Positions 48,486-57,100 of a stretch of 64,000 bases of DNA are shown piece after piece; position 1 is the stretch's first letter, and each line of letters begins with the position of its first letter. Both the position numbers and the translations under genes were made by a program. This DNA comes from Aggregatilineales bacterium (GTDB lineage: Bacteria > Chloroflexota > Anaerolineae > Aggregatilineales > Phototrophicaceae). The stretch spans positions 279 through 64,278 of the forward strand of contig JBBSQD010000006.1 in NCBI GenBank assembly GCA_038258185.1, read 5' to 3'. Below the pieces are notes generated by a model. The model had not been told where the DNA came from. It ran no database searches and saw nothing but the letters and a program-made list of their open reading frames with translations.

Positions 48486-49583
48486 CTACTGCCATGACGC
48501 GGATTCGAGCAGGCCGCCGTTAATCCACAGGGCATTCAGGCTGCGGTTGATGGGTAGGGCGCTGGTGGGGCCCAGGTGACGATCATAGATTTCACCATAG
48601 TTGCCCAATTCCCTGATGACTGGCACGATAAAATTCGGTGCCAACCCCAGACGAATACTTGTCTCAACAGCCACATCCAACAGGCGTGCCCGGGCAATGC
48701 CGACCCTGTTCACGTAAGCCTCTTCATCTTCGCCTTCAATACGGGCAAAATCCATCACGTTGGAGCTGTTAATTCCCAACTCCTCCGCGTAGATCAGGCC
48801 ATTCATAGTCCAGTCGACAATGGCACTCCACTGCTTGTCGCCATAACGATAAACCGGGCCTTTACCAATGCGTGTGAATGGCACTTCCCACACCACAAAA
48901 TCATCAGGCACATCAGTGGTTTGTCGCCGGATTTCCAGCAGGGAACGCTCGGAGGTCTGCACATTGCAGCGTCCCGCCAGGAATGCTTCCTGCACAGCCT
49001 GTGCATCTCCAAAGGTCAACAGCTCAAAGCGCAGATTACGCACCGCCATCTCATTGCTGAGATTAGACGCGGCCAGCGTATCAGCAATCGCACAGATGGT
49101 TTCGCCAGAGAGGTCATCCCAGGTTTCAATTTCACTGTCGCGCCGTACCATGATGGATTGCCCATCAAAAAATGTCACTGGCCCAAAATCCAACCCGGCA
49201 TTACTATCCTGAGTCAGATTCAAAGCCAGATCATGCAGTAGGGCGACATCCAATTCCCCGCTTAACAGGTCAGACGGTGGTGTTTTCAGCGGTAAAAGGC
49301 GCAGATCCAGCGCTGTCGGGTCACCAAAAATTGCGGTGGCGATGGCCGTGCACAATTCCACATCAATACCAGTGATATCACCGGTGTTCGGATTAAGAAA
49401 ACCGAAGCCGAATACATCTTCGTTGACACCGCAGGTCAGTTGACCACGTGCCAGCACGGTCGCCAGCGTCGGGCCGATTTCCAGCTCTGCCGTGGGTGCA
49501 TCCTGCGCCAGCAGTAAAGTCGTTCCACTGAGCAGGATAAGCATAAACACAAGGGGAAGCAGTTTCAGTTTAATGGATGTCAT
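48486..49583 (-). CDS. Periplasmic amino-acid-type ABC substrate-binding protein (family 3, AapJ-like), orphan
   Basis: Signal peptide MTSIKLKLLPLVFMLILLSG. The size and the pattern GFDVELC-like (GIDVELCTAIA) fit the family. No permease or ATPase gene is adjacent. Confidence 0.7.
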   Translation of the reverse strand: MTSIKLKLLPLVFMLILLSGTTLLLAQDAPTAELEIGPTLATVLARGQLTCGVNEDVFGFGFLNPNTGDITGIDVELCTAIATAIFGDPTALDLRLLPLKTPPSDLLSGELDVALLHDLALNLTQDSNAGLDFGPVTFFDGQSIMVRRDSEIETWDDLSGETICAIADTLAASNLSNEMAVRNLRFELLTFGDAQAVQEAFLAGRCNVQTSERSLLEIRRQTTDVPDDFVVWEVPFTRIGKGPVYRYGDKQWSAIVDWTMNGLIYAEELGINSSNVMDFARIEGEDEEAYVNRVGIARARLLDVAVETSIRLGLAPNFIVPVIRELGNYGEIYDRHLGPTSALPINRSLNALWINGGLLESASWQ

Positions 49584-49591
49584 AGACTCTT

Positions 49592-49870
49592 TTATTCGCT
49601 ATTGGGGCGAAATGCCGCTACTTTCTGTTCGATAATTGCGCGAATCTCACCGGGCTCGGCGTGACGACCCAGCGCCTTCTTTGAAAAGACCAGTTCGCCA
49701 TTGACCATCACCTCGAAGACGCCGCCCTTGCTGGGAATTAACCGCCAGGAGGGGACATAGGCTTCGATCTCACGCTCGTTCAAAATTTCGTCCGTCAGAC
49801 TGACGGCACGGGGTGTGTGATGTCAAGCCGCGCAGTATTCAATACTGATATCTAACGCACCGATTTGCAT
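49592..49870 (-). CDS. SelW/Rdx-family thioredoxin-fold protein with an in-frame TGA at the CxxU position (putative selenoprotein)
   Basis: Manual translation from ATG 49870 (GGAGG 10 nt upstream) gives MQIGALDISIEYCAA-TGA-HHTPRAVSLTDEILNEREIEAYVPSWRLIPSKGGVFEVMVNGELVFSKKALGRHAEPGEI... The TGA lies at 49825-49823. The downstream part equals track ORF 49592..49783. Confidence 0.65.
49792..49806 (-). promoter_or_regulatory. SECIS-like hairpin downstream of the in-frame TGA
   Basis: On the mRNA, CCGUCA-GUC-UGACGG starts 17 nt 3' of the UGA. Its apical loop contains GU, and the CAGUCUG core resembles the CAGGUCUG apex of the E. coli fdhF SECIS as I recall it. Confidence 0.45.
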
Positions 49871-50040
49871 AAATCAAACTCCTCCATGATACACTGAAAA
49901 GAATTATTGTAATAACACCAGCATATAACAAAATGCTGCATGTATCTCCAACTATATCAAATTCGTCAAAAACCTCCAACCATTAAGGTCTGGCATCTTG
50001 CCTTTTGGCCCCGCAGCAGACACAATGAAATTATGAGGTT

Positions 50041-50796
50041 ATGCACTGGAAGATTATGAGCGCTATTGACGAACTTATCCATGAGTACAACCAGCTACGT
50101 GCCAGTGGCATGGCGGTCAAAGATGTCTTAAACACGCTGCGCACGAAAATAGAAACCCTGGATGAAAAGAGTAAGCAAGCGCTGGCGCGTCATCTTCACG
50201 GGCTGGAAGCTCAGAAAAAAGCGACAAACACCACGCGCCGCGTAGTGGTCACGCCAGATAAAATGACGCAAACCCCAACCCAGGAACTGACCTGGGTGAA
50301 TTGTCCCCATTGTGGAAAAAGCAATCAAAAGCATGAATTACTGTGTTACTCATGCGGGCGCCTGCTGGAAAGATCGCACAGTGAGTTTGAAACCCAGGCA
50401 TTAGCAGAAACCAACGACCTCACCTTCAGTAACGACTACTTTGGCCACGACTCGTTTCTGGTGTTAAAAGTACGCGGCTCTGAAGAAGCTTTTGAAGCGC
50501 AACCCCAGAAAACCGAGCAGGAACTGATTATTGGCCGTAAAGTTGAGGGAAGTGCGGTCTTCCCCGATATCGATCTGTCTGACGTGGACGGCGAAATTTA
50601 TGGCGTCTCACGCCTGCATATGTCGGTACGTTACCAGCCCAAATATAATACGCTGAGCGTGTTTGATCTGGGCAGTGCCAATGGATCATACATCAATGGT
50701 CAGCGTTTACATCCGCACGAAGTGAGGGTGCTGCGCCACAATGATGAGATTCGCCTGGGCAAGTTGGTGATGAAAGTGGCCTACCGCCACAGTTAA
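50041..50796 (+). CDS. Zinc-ribbon + FHA domain protein
   Basis: The zinc ribbon is CPHCGKSNQKHELLCYSCG. The C-terminal FHA has IIGRK, VSRLHMSV, DLGSANGSYINGQRL and NDEIRLG. Confidence 0.85.
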   Translation: MHWKIMSAIDELIHEYNQLRASGMAVKDVLNTLRTKIETLDEKSKQALARHLHGLEAQKKATNTTRRVVVTPDKMTQTPTQELTWVNCPHCGKSNQKHELLCYSCGRLLERSHSEFETQALAETNDLTFSNDYFGHDSFLVLKVRGSEEAFEAQPQKTEQELIIGRKVEGSAVFPDIDLSDVDGEIYGVSRLHMSVRYQPKYNTLSVFDLGSANGSYINGQRLHPHEVRVLRHNDEIRLGKLVMKVAYRHS

Positions 50797-51476
50797 CGCG
50801 CCAGCCCCTGCATAATACCGGAAATTTCGTCTACAACCTGATCAAAAAGGTTCTGCATCAGGCGGTCATCAATCTGATAGGGACCACCAAAACTGCCATC
50901 CCCCAACACGTCACGCACAGACTTGCCTTCTTCCAGATAACCCAGGTTCACCGGGGTTTTAACCTCCGCTGGCGAGTCGGCCACACGATTAAAGGTGAAA
51001 TTCTCCCCCCAATTGGCATGATCCGACTTCAGTTGATGTTCCTGCTCAAAAGCCGCGACCACCGGGCTGTCAAACCAGCTGTGCCATGCAATGCGCGCCA
51101 GCCCATCCAGCTTCATATCCTGCAACTGCCGTGGGAATGTGTTGCCACCGTGACCATTCAGAATTAAAAATCCGCCAAACCCCTGATGGAGCAAGGTCTG
51201 AAGAATTTCCACCATAACCATATCAAAAGTTGGTTTACTCAGGCTGATGGTGCCGGGAAAAGTAGCAAGAAAGGCACTCTGACCAAAATTAAGCGGCGGA
51301 GCCACTAAAACCTGCTCACGTTGCGCAACCGCCAGCGCGATGCGCGACGGAATGAGTATATCCGTAAGCAAACTGAGATAAGCATGTTGCTCGGTCGCAC
51401 CGGTAATCAGGATGATACGATCATCTGTCTGCAGGTAGCTCTCGACATCCATCCAATTGAGATCTTCCAAACGCAT
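50793..51476 (-). CDS. Creatininase-family amidohydrolase
   Basis: GATEQHAYLSLLTDILIP and LILNGHGGN match the creatininase-family metal-site regions. Confidence 0.75.
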   Translation of the reverse strand: MRLEDLNWMDVESYLQTDDRIILITGATEQHAYLSLLTDILIPSRIALAVAQREQVLVAPPLNFGQSAFLATFPGTISLSKPTFDMVMVEILQTLLHQGFGGFLILNGHGGNTFPRQLQDMKLDGLARIAWHSWFDSPVVAAFEQEHQLKSDHANWGENFTFNRVADSPAEVKTPVNLGYLEEGKSVRDVLGDGSFGGPYQIDDRLMQNLFDQVVDEISGIMQGLAR

Positions 51477-51675
51477 AACGGTTATCCTTCATTTAGTTCT
51501 GTAATATCACCAGAACAATACTATAACGTAACGAGTCCTGTATGCAAATGTAGCCACTATCTCCAAAAACGTCAGCCAGCCAGTCTGTTTTTTTAAGTCT
51601 TAGAGGGTTGCATTTGGGCGGGTATACAGGCCATAATGCTTCTAGAGTTCGGTCAGAATAGAGGAGTCATGGGTT

Positions 51676-52008
51676 GTGAATTTTTTAAAGAACCTTTTTG
51701 GTGGCGGCAATGGTCAATCCGGCGAAGTTGATGGGCGAAGTTTCTATCTGTATGTGCAGCCCAACCGCTGTGACGATGTGATTCGGGTGCGGGTTGACCT
51801 CAATAATGATCTCAGCCAGAATGATGATGGTTCTGGTTATTGGGTGCGCAAGATGGTCAGCAGCGGCAACTATAAATGCGCCCAGGTTGAGGTCAACCTG
51901 TATTTTGACAATGGCCGAAGATTACAGGAAAAGGAAACCCAGGGTGGCCAGGTTGTGACTCGTGAAGACTATGACCGCTGGCAGGAAACCCAGCAAACCC
52001 CCGATTAA
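51676..52008 (+). CDS. Hypothetical protein (110 aa)
   Basis: ORF with a GTG start preceded by gaggag. I recognised no family. Confidence 0.5.
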   Translation: MNFLKNLFGGGNGQSGEVDGRSFYLYVQPNRCDDVIRVRVDLNNDLSQNDDGSGYWVRKMVSSGNYKCAQVEVNLYFDNGRRLQEKETQGGQVVTREDYDRWQETQQTPD

Positions 52009-52011
52009 GGT

Positions 52012-52875
52012 TTAACGGGCCGCCACGACTTTTCCCAACGCCTGACGGAGATCGTCGCCTGTCTGGAAGGGGCCATCACTTGCTTCCAGTGAGGCGCTGG
52101 TCAGGCGCAGTGGGTCATCATCCACCATGTCACGGACTTTCTGGCGATCACGGACAGGGTAGAAATACTCGCGGGATTGTTGCAGACGTGCTTCCAGCCG
52201 TTCGCGGATACTGCGGGTCGCTTCCGGCGCGGTGATAATCAGGAAATCCTCTGCACCCAGATGCCCGATAAAGTCATCTTCGTGCCCAAATTCGCGCACT
52301 GCGTTGCGAATCATCAACGCGACTGCCCGCAGAACATCATCCGCCGCGACAAAACCATACATATCCCGGAAATGGCTAAGGTTGCTGATGGATAAAACCA
52401 GCGCAGACCATTTCTTATCACTCAGAATCAGCGCGTTGATCTGCTCTTCGACAAGATCGCCTTCTGGCAGGTCAGTCACCGGGTTCGCCACAGAAGGCAA
52501 TTCAGCCCTGCTGATGGCATTGCGTACCCGCAGGCGCAACTCCTGAATATCAAAGGGTTTGGTAATATAATCGACCACGCCCATTTCCAGCCCCTGCAGG
52601 CGATCCACACGATCACGCTTCTCGGTCAGGAAAATAATCGGCGTATCTTCAGTCTGGCGTTGGCTGCGCAACTGACGGCAAATCTCATAGCCATCAATAT
52701 CCGGCAGGCGAATATCCAGCATAATCAGATTCAAAGGTTCTTCTACGCTCAGGCGCAGCGCATCCGCCCCCCAGGCAGCCGTGACCACATCATAATTTTG
52801 CACCCGGAAATAAGCACTGAGCATTTCCGATAAATCGAGATCATCTTCGACAATGAGAATACGAGGCTTGTCCAC
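52012..52875 (-). CDS. Response regulator: receiver domain + degenerate GGDEF domain
   Basis: The receiver domain has ILIVEDD, IMLDIRLPDIDG and FLTE. The C-terminal GGDEF fold has HFRDMYGFVAADDVL, and GAEDF replaces GGDEF. Confidence 0.8.
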   Translation of the reverse strand: MDKPRILIVEDDLDLSEMLSAYFRVQNYDVVTAAWGADALRLSVEEPLNLIMLDIRLPDIDGYEICRQLRSQRQTEDTPIIFLTEKRDRVDRLQGLEMGVVDYITKPFDIQELRLRVRNAISRAELPSVANPVTDLPEGDLVEEQINALILSDKKWSALVLSISNLSHFRDMYGFVAADDVLRAVALMIRNAVREFGHEDDFIGHLGAEDFLIITAPEATRSIRERLEARLQQSREYFYPVRDRQKVRDMVDDDPLRLTSASLEASDGPFQTGDDLRQALGKVVAAR

Positions 52876-52880
52876 GTAAA

Positions 52881-53519
52881 CTAACTCCCTAACTGCCCAA
52901 TCGGTTTTCTGTTAACGGCAAAAACACATTTATCATGACCCGCAGCCCGGCAGGATTGCTCGTAAACATGATATTCATAGCCCCCGGTTGCGTCGTGCAA
53001 CACCCCCTGCATCATGCCGACAAACGCATGACAGGCGGGTTTGTCGCTTGTGCGCTCCCATATCATCGGGCTAACAGAGATGATGAAATAAAAACAGGCA
53101 GCGTCCTGCTCGACATGGTTTTTCTGGTCGCTGTGGCTGGCAAAAACTGCCGCCAGCGCATCCAGGCTCATTTCGGCACGTTTATCCAGCGACAGTGCCT
53201 GAAAAGCCGGATGCTGGAAACCAGCCAGAATACCAAAGGTTTTTAACCCCTCAGTAAACCATGACCGCCCGGTACGAAGCGCCATACTGCGCCCACCGCG
53301 CACCCCATACATATCTTCCAGGGCGATATTCATCGCTGCAAGATAGGCAAAATCAAACTGCCGCTTGAGATTATCCGGCGGCAATTGGCCCTCAAAATCA
53401 CGCAGTCCGGCAAGGCTGACCACCGCATCCAGGCTGCCTTTGCCTAATGCATCTTCTATAGCCAGCATGAACAGCCGCCCAAAACGGTTCGGATAATAAA
53501 GACCGCTAAGACCCGACAC
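52881..53519 (-). CDS. V4R (4-vinyl reductase) domain protein
   Basis: C-terminal CHAFVGMMQGVLHDATGGYEYHVYEQSCRAAGHDKCVF shows the V4R Cys pattern C...G...E..C.A.G...C.F. Confidence 0.65.
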   Translation of the reverse strand: MSGLSGLYYPNRFGRLFMLAIEDALGKGSLDAVVSLAGLRDFEGQLPPDNLKRQFDFAYLAAMNIALEDMYGVRGGRSMALRTGRSWFTEGLKTFGILAGFQHPAFQALSLDKRAEMSLDALAAVFASHSDQKNHVEQDAACFYFIISVSPMIWERTSDKPACHAFVGMMQGVLHDATGGYEYHVYEQSCRAAGHDKCVFAVNRKPIGQLGS

Positions 53520-53543
53520 GGCTGCGCGACCCCGGCCAGGACG

Positions 53544-53915
53544 CTAAACGAGCTTTTCGAGGTCTTCGACGGTGCGGTTCACATCCAGGAAGATCAAACC
53601 CAATTTCGCTTCCGGGCGTGCCAGCACAGTCAAAACGGCTTCTTCACCGACACTGGTGAGGATAACATAGCCGCGTTCCCCTTTAATAAAGACCTGTTCC
53701 AGAGTGCCCCGCCCCAGTTCGCCCGAGATACGCTCGCCCAGTGAGAGCATCGCAGCAGACATCGCGCTTACCCGGTCTTCTTCCACATTACCAGGCAGTG
53801 CCGAGGCCATACTCAATCCATCGACACTGACGATCGCCGCGCCTTCGACATCCCCCGAGCTGGCTTGCAGGTCGCGCAGACGTTCTACCAATTGTTCAGT
53901 ACGTGACTTAGCCAA
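53544..53915 (-). CDS. Roadblock/LC7 (MglB-like) domain protein
   Basis: GAAIVSVDGLSMAS...RVSAMSAAMLSLGERI...LEQVFIKGERGYVILTSVGEEAVLTVL. I place the start at the in-frame TTG at 53915, with AGGAG 8 nt upstream. The track ORF extends to 54074. Confidence 0.75.
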   Translation of the reverse strand: MAKSRTEQLVERLRDLQASSGDVEGAAIVSVDGLSMASALPGNVEEDRVSAMSAAMLSLGERISGELGRGTLEQVFIKGERGYVILTSVGEEAVLTVLARPEAKLGLIFLDVNRTVEDLEKLV

Positions 53916-54183
53916 GCAATCAACTCCTATCCAAAAAGCACTTATCGCATCTTTTGGATTGTAGCACAGAATTGCCCCATACAATATAAATCTTATGCCA
54001 CGATTTGCTGCCAGTATATTCAAGCACAAAGTTGGTGACAAGTTAACGTAGGGTAGGCGAGTGGTAATCGGCATATTTTCCCAGCCTCGAAAAAACCGGA
54101 GGCAAGGGTTATAGTTGCCTGCGCTCAGGGAAATGACCTGGCGTTCATCCCTATGAGCACCTGCCAGAATGCAAAAAGGTTAA

Positions 54184-57100
54184 ATGATGCGAGCACGTTT
54201 ACCGGATATTGGCATTATCGCGCTGTTATTCCTGCTGCCGCTGGTCATCTTCTGGCCGCAGACACTGGGCGGACGCACCTTGCTGCCGACTGAAAACCTG
54301 TACCAGTACGAGCCGTATGCGACGTATCGCGAAGTGGTCAAAGCGCCGACCGTGCCGCACAATCATCTGGTTTCCGACCTTGTGCTGCAAAACATGCAGT
54401 GGAAAATCTTCACGCGTGACAATCTCGTCCAGGGTGAAATCCCTCTGTGGAATCCCTATCAATTCAGCGGTATTCCCTTTCTGGCGGCAGGTCAGCAATC
54501 CGCGCTGTATCCATTCAGCCTTCTTTATTATGTACTGCCGCTGCCCGCCGCTTATGGCTGGTTCACGGTGGTGCAGATGTGGCTGGCGGGCGTGTTCATG
54601 TATCTGTTTCTGCGCGGGCTGGGATTTATCGGGCGTTTTGGCGGGATGGTGAGCGCGGTTACTTATCAGCTCTCGGCATTTTTCGTCATTAACGCCGTTT
54701 TTCCGATGATTATGGCCTCAGCGGTGTGGCTGCCGCTTCTGCTGTTGATGGTCGAATTTATCATCCGCCAGCGCCCACTGCTGGGACGCGCATCGAGTGT
54801 GCCGTGGGTCGCGGTCGGTGCATTGGCGCTCGGCTGCAATATTTTCGCCGGTCATGTCGAAATCACCTATTACACGCTGCTGATTAGCGGCTATTATGCC
54901 GCAGCACGTTTAGGCATCGAGTGGTGGCGCAACCGTCAATCCTCAGCTCCCGCTTTGGAATTCAACCGTTTCCTGTTGACACGCGCCGCGTGGCTGGCCG
55001 CGATGGTCGCGTTAGGGATCAGCCTGGGAGCTGCGCAGTTTATCCCGCTGTTCGAGTTCGCCAGCATGAACTGGCGCGGAGAACGCGACAGCATCGACCA
55101 GGTGCTGAGTTATGCGCATCCAGCGCGGGACGTGCTGCAATTCGCCATGCCCAATTTTTACGGCAGCCCCGCCCATCATACTTATTTCGACTGGTTCACA
55201 TTCCAGACCACCCCGGTCACCATCAATGCCTTTGGTGATGCCATTACCAATACCGAGTGGGGAATGAAAAATTATGTCGAGTCGGCGCTGTATGTGGGCA
55301 TTCTGCCACTGGCACTGGCCCTTTTTACTTTAATAACCGCTTTTCGTTCCCCTCGCCCTGAGGGAGAGGGGTCAGGGGTGAGGGTCTATGTCCTCATTTT
55401 CACGCTGTTGGCGCTGTTCGGCCTGACATTTATGTTTGGCCTACCCACTTACCGCCTGATCTATCTGCTGCCAGGGATTAACCAGCTCAATTCACCGTTC
55501 CGCTGGATTTTCGCGGTGACGGTCAGCGTGGCCGTGCTGGCGGGAATCGGCGCAGATGCGCTGGTAAGACCCCTCCCCAACCCCTCCTCCCGCAGGGACG
55601 CTCCGCAGCCGCCAGCAGAGAGGGGCAAATTATGGGCAAAACGATTTGGCTTGATTCTAGCTGGCACAGGGTTGCTAACACTAGTGGGTCTTGTCCTCAG
55701 CCGCGTGTTGTATCCACAGCTTGAGCCGCTGGTCGAACGGGTTTTGAACAGTATGGCCACCCCCGATGGCAGCACCGCCGCCAGTCGATTTGCCAGCCCA
55801 CAGATGTTTTACAGTTACCAATTCACCAATGTGCTGATGTTCGGGCTGTTTACGCTGGGCGCAGGAAGCATATTCTGGTGGGCAACCAGAGATGCTAATT
55901 CTGTACGGACAGGGCATGCCCTGTCCGTAGGAGCGATCACGTTAATCGCCCTCGATCTGATGGTCGCCTCGTGGGGCTTTAACCCGGCCTCTGACCCGGC
56001 GCTGCTGGATTTTACGCCGCCTTCGATCCAGTGGTTGCAGGAACAGCCCGGTCACTGGCGTTATACGACCCTGCAAGATCCTAATCAGCCGCCGCTGTTC
56101 AACGCCAATATGACATGGCGTTATGGCCTGCGCGATGTACGCGGCTATGAGAGCATCATTCCACGTGCGTATGTCGAAACGATGCGCCAGTTGGCCCCAC
56201 AGCCCCAACTCGATTTTAACCGGGTCGCGCCGTTGTACACCGATTATGCGCCGCTTGGAATCGACTTTGATTACCGCACCGCGCTGGAATCGCCGATTTT
56301 ACAGCAGTTAGGCATTCGCTATCTCATCACCGCGTCGGACTTTACGCTGCCAGAAGACCTGACCACCCCCTACGATGAGCGATTTATGCCAAGCTGGGGG
56401 CTGGCCTATGAGGATGAAGCGGTGCGCATCTGGACGAATGGCAATTTCGCCGGGGCGCATATTGTCTATGAGCTGGACAGCTTTGCAGGCCCAGGCGCTG
56501 CCGAAATCACCTATGACAGCGGGCGTGTGAAAATCCTGGAAGCACAGATCAACCAACCGGTCTGGCTGTGGCTGTCTGAAACCTATATGCCCGGCTGGCG
56601 AGCTTATATCCGTCCGTGGGGAACGGAGCAGGACGCGGAAATGCCGTTGACAGTGGAAAGGGTGCTGGGCAACTGGCAGGGTGTTCATATCGCCGATGTC
56701 AACAGCCTGATTGACCAGACGATTGAAGCGGGAACAGCCCCGCAGACCTTCTATCTGAATGCCATCCACACCGCGATTGAGGCCGGAGATGCGCAACGGG
56801 TGGAAACACTCATTAATCAATTGGCGGATTTCATCAGCACCAACCCACCGGAGATTTTCGGCGATCTCAACGAGCAGATTCAAACGGCCATTGATGCCTG
56901 GGGGAATTCGTCTAATACTGACCTGACACAGCGTGACCGGGAAAGTGGTTTGACTCAGCTTCGCCAGGCCAATTGGATTATCCGGCTGGTCTACAGCCCA
57001 CAGAGTTTCCAGCTTGGCATTTTTGCGTCGTTCATCAGTCTGGTGCTGGTGATGTTTATGGTGGGTGTGTGGTTGTGGCGGCGTTATATCGCGCCCGATA

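Noticed and set aside
53916-54074. N-terminal 53-aa extension of the Roadblock/LC7 ORF.
   Set aside because: The extension has no family similarity. An in-frame TTG at 53915 with an AGGAG 8 nt upstream gives the typical ~124-aa domain protein. An alternative upstream start cannot be fully excluded.
56308-56883. 191-aa minus-strand ORF within the giant membrane-protein gene.
   Set aside because: It is an antisense shadow ORF with no motifs.
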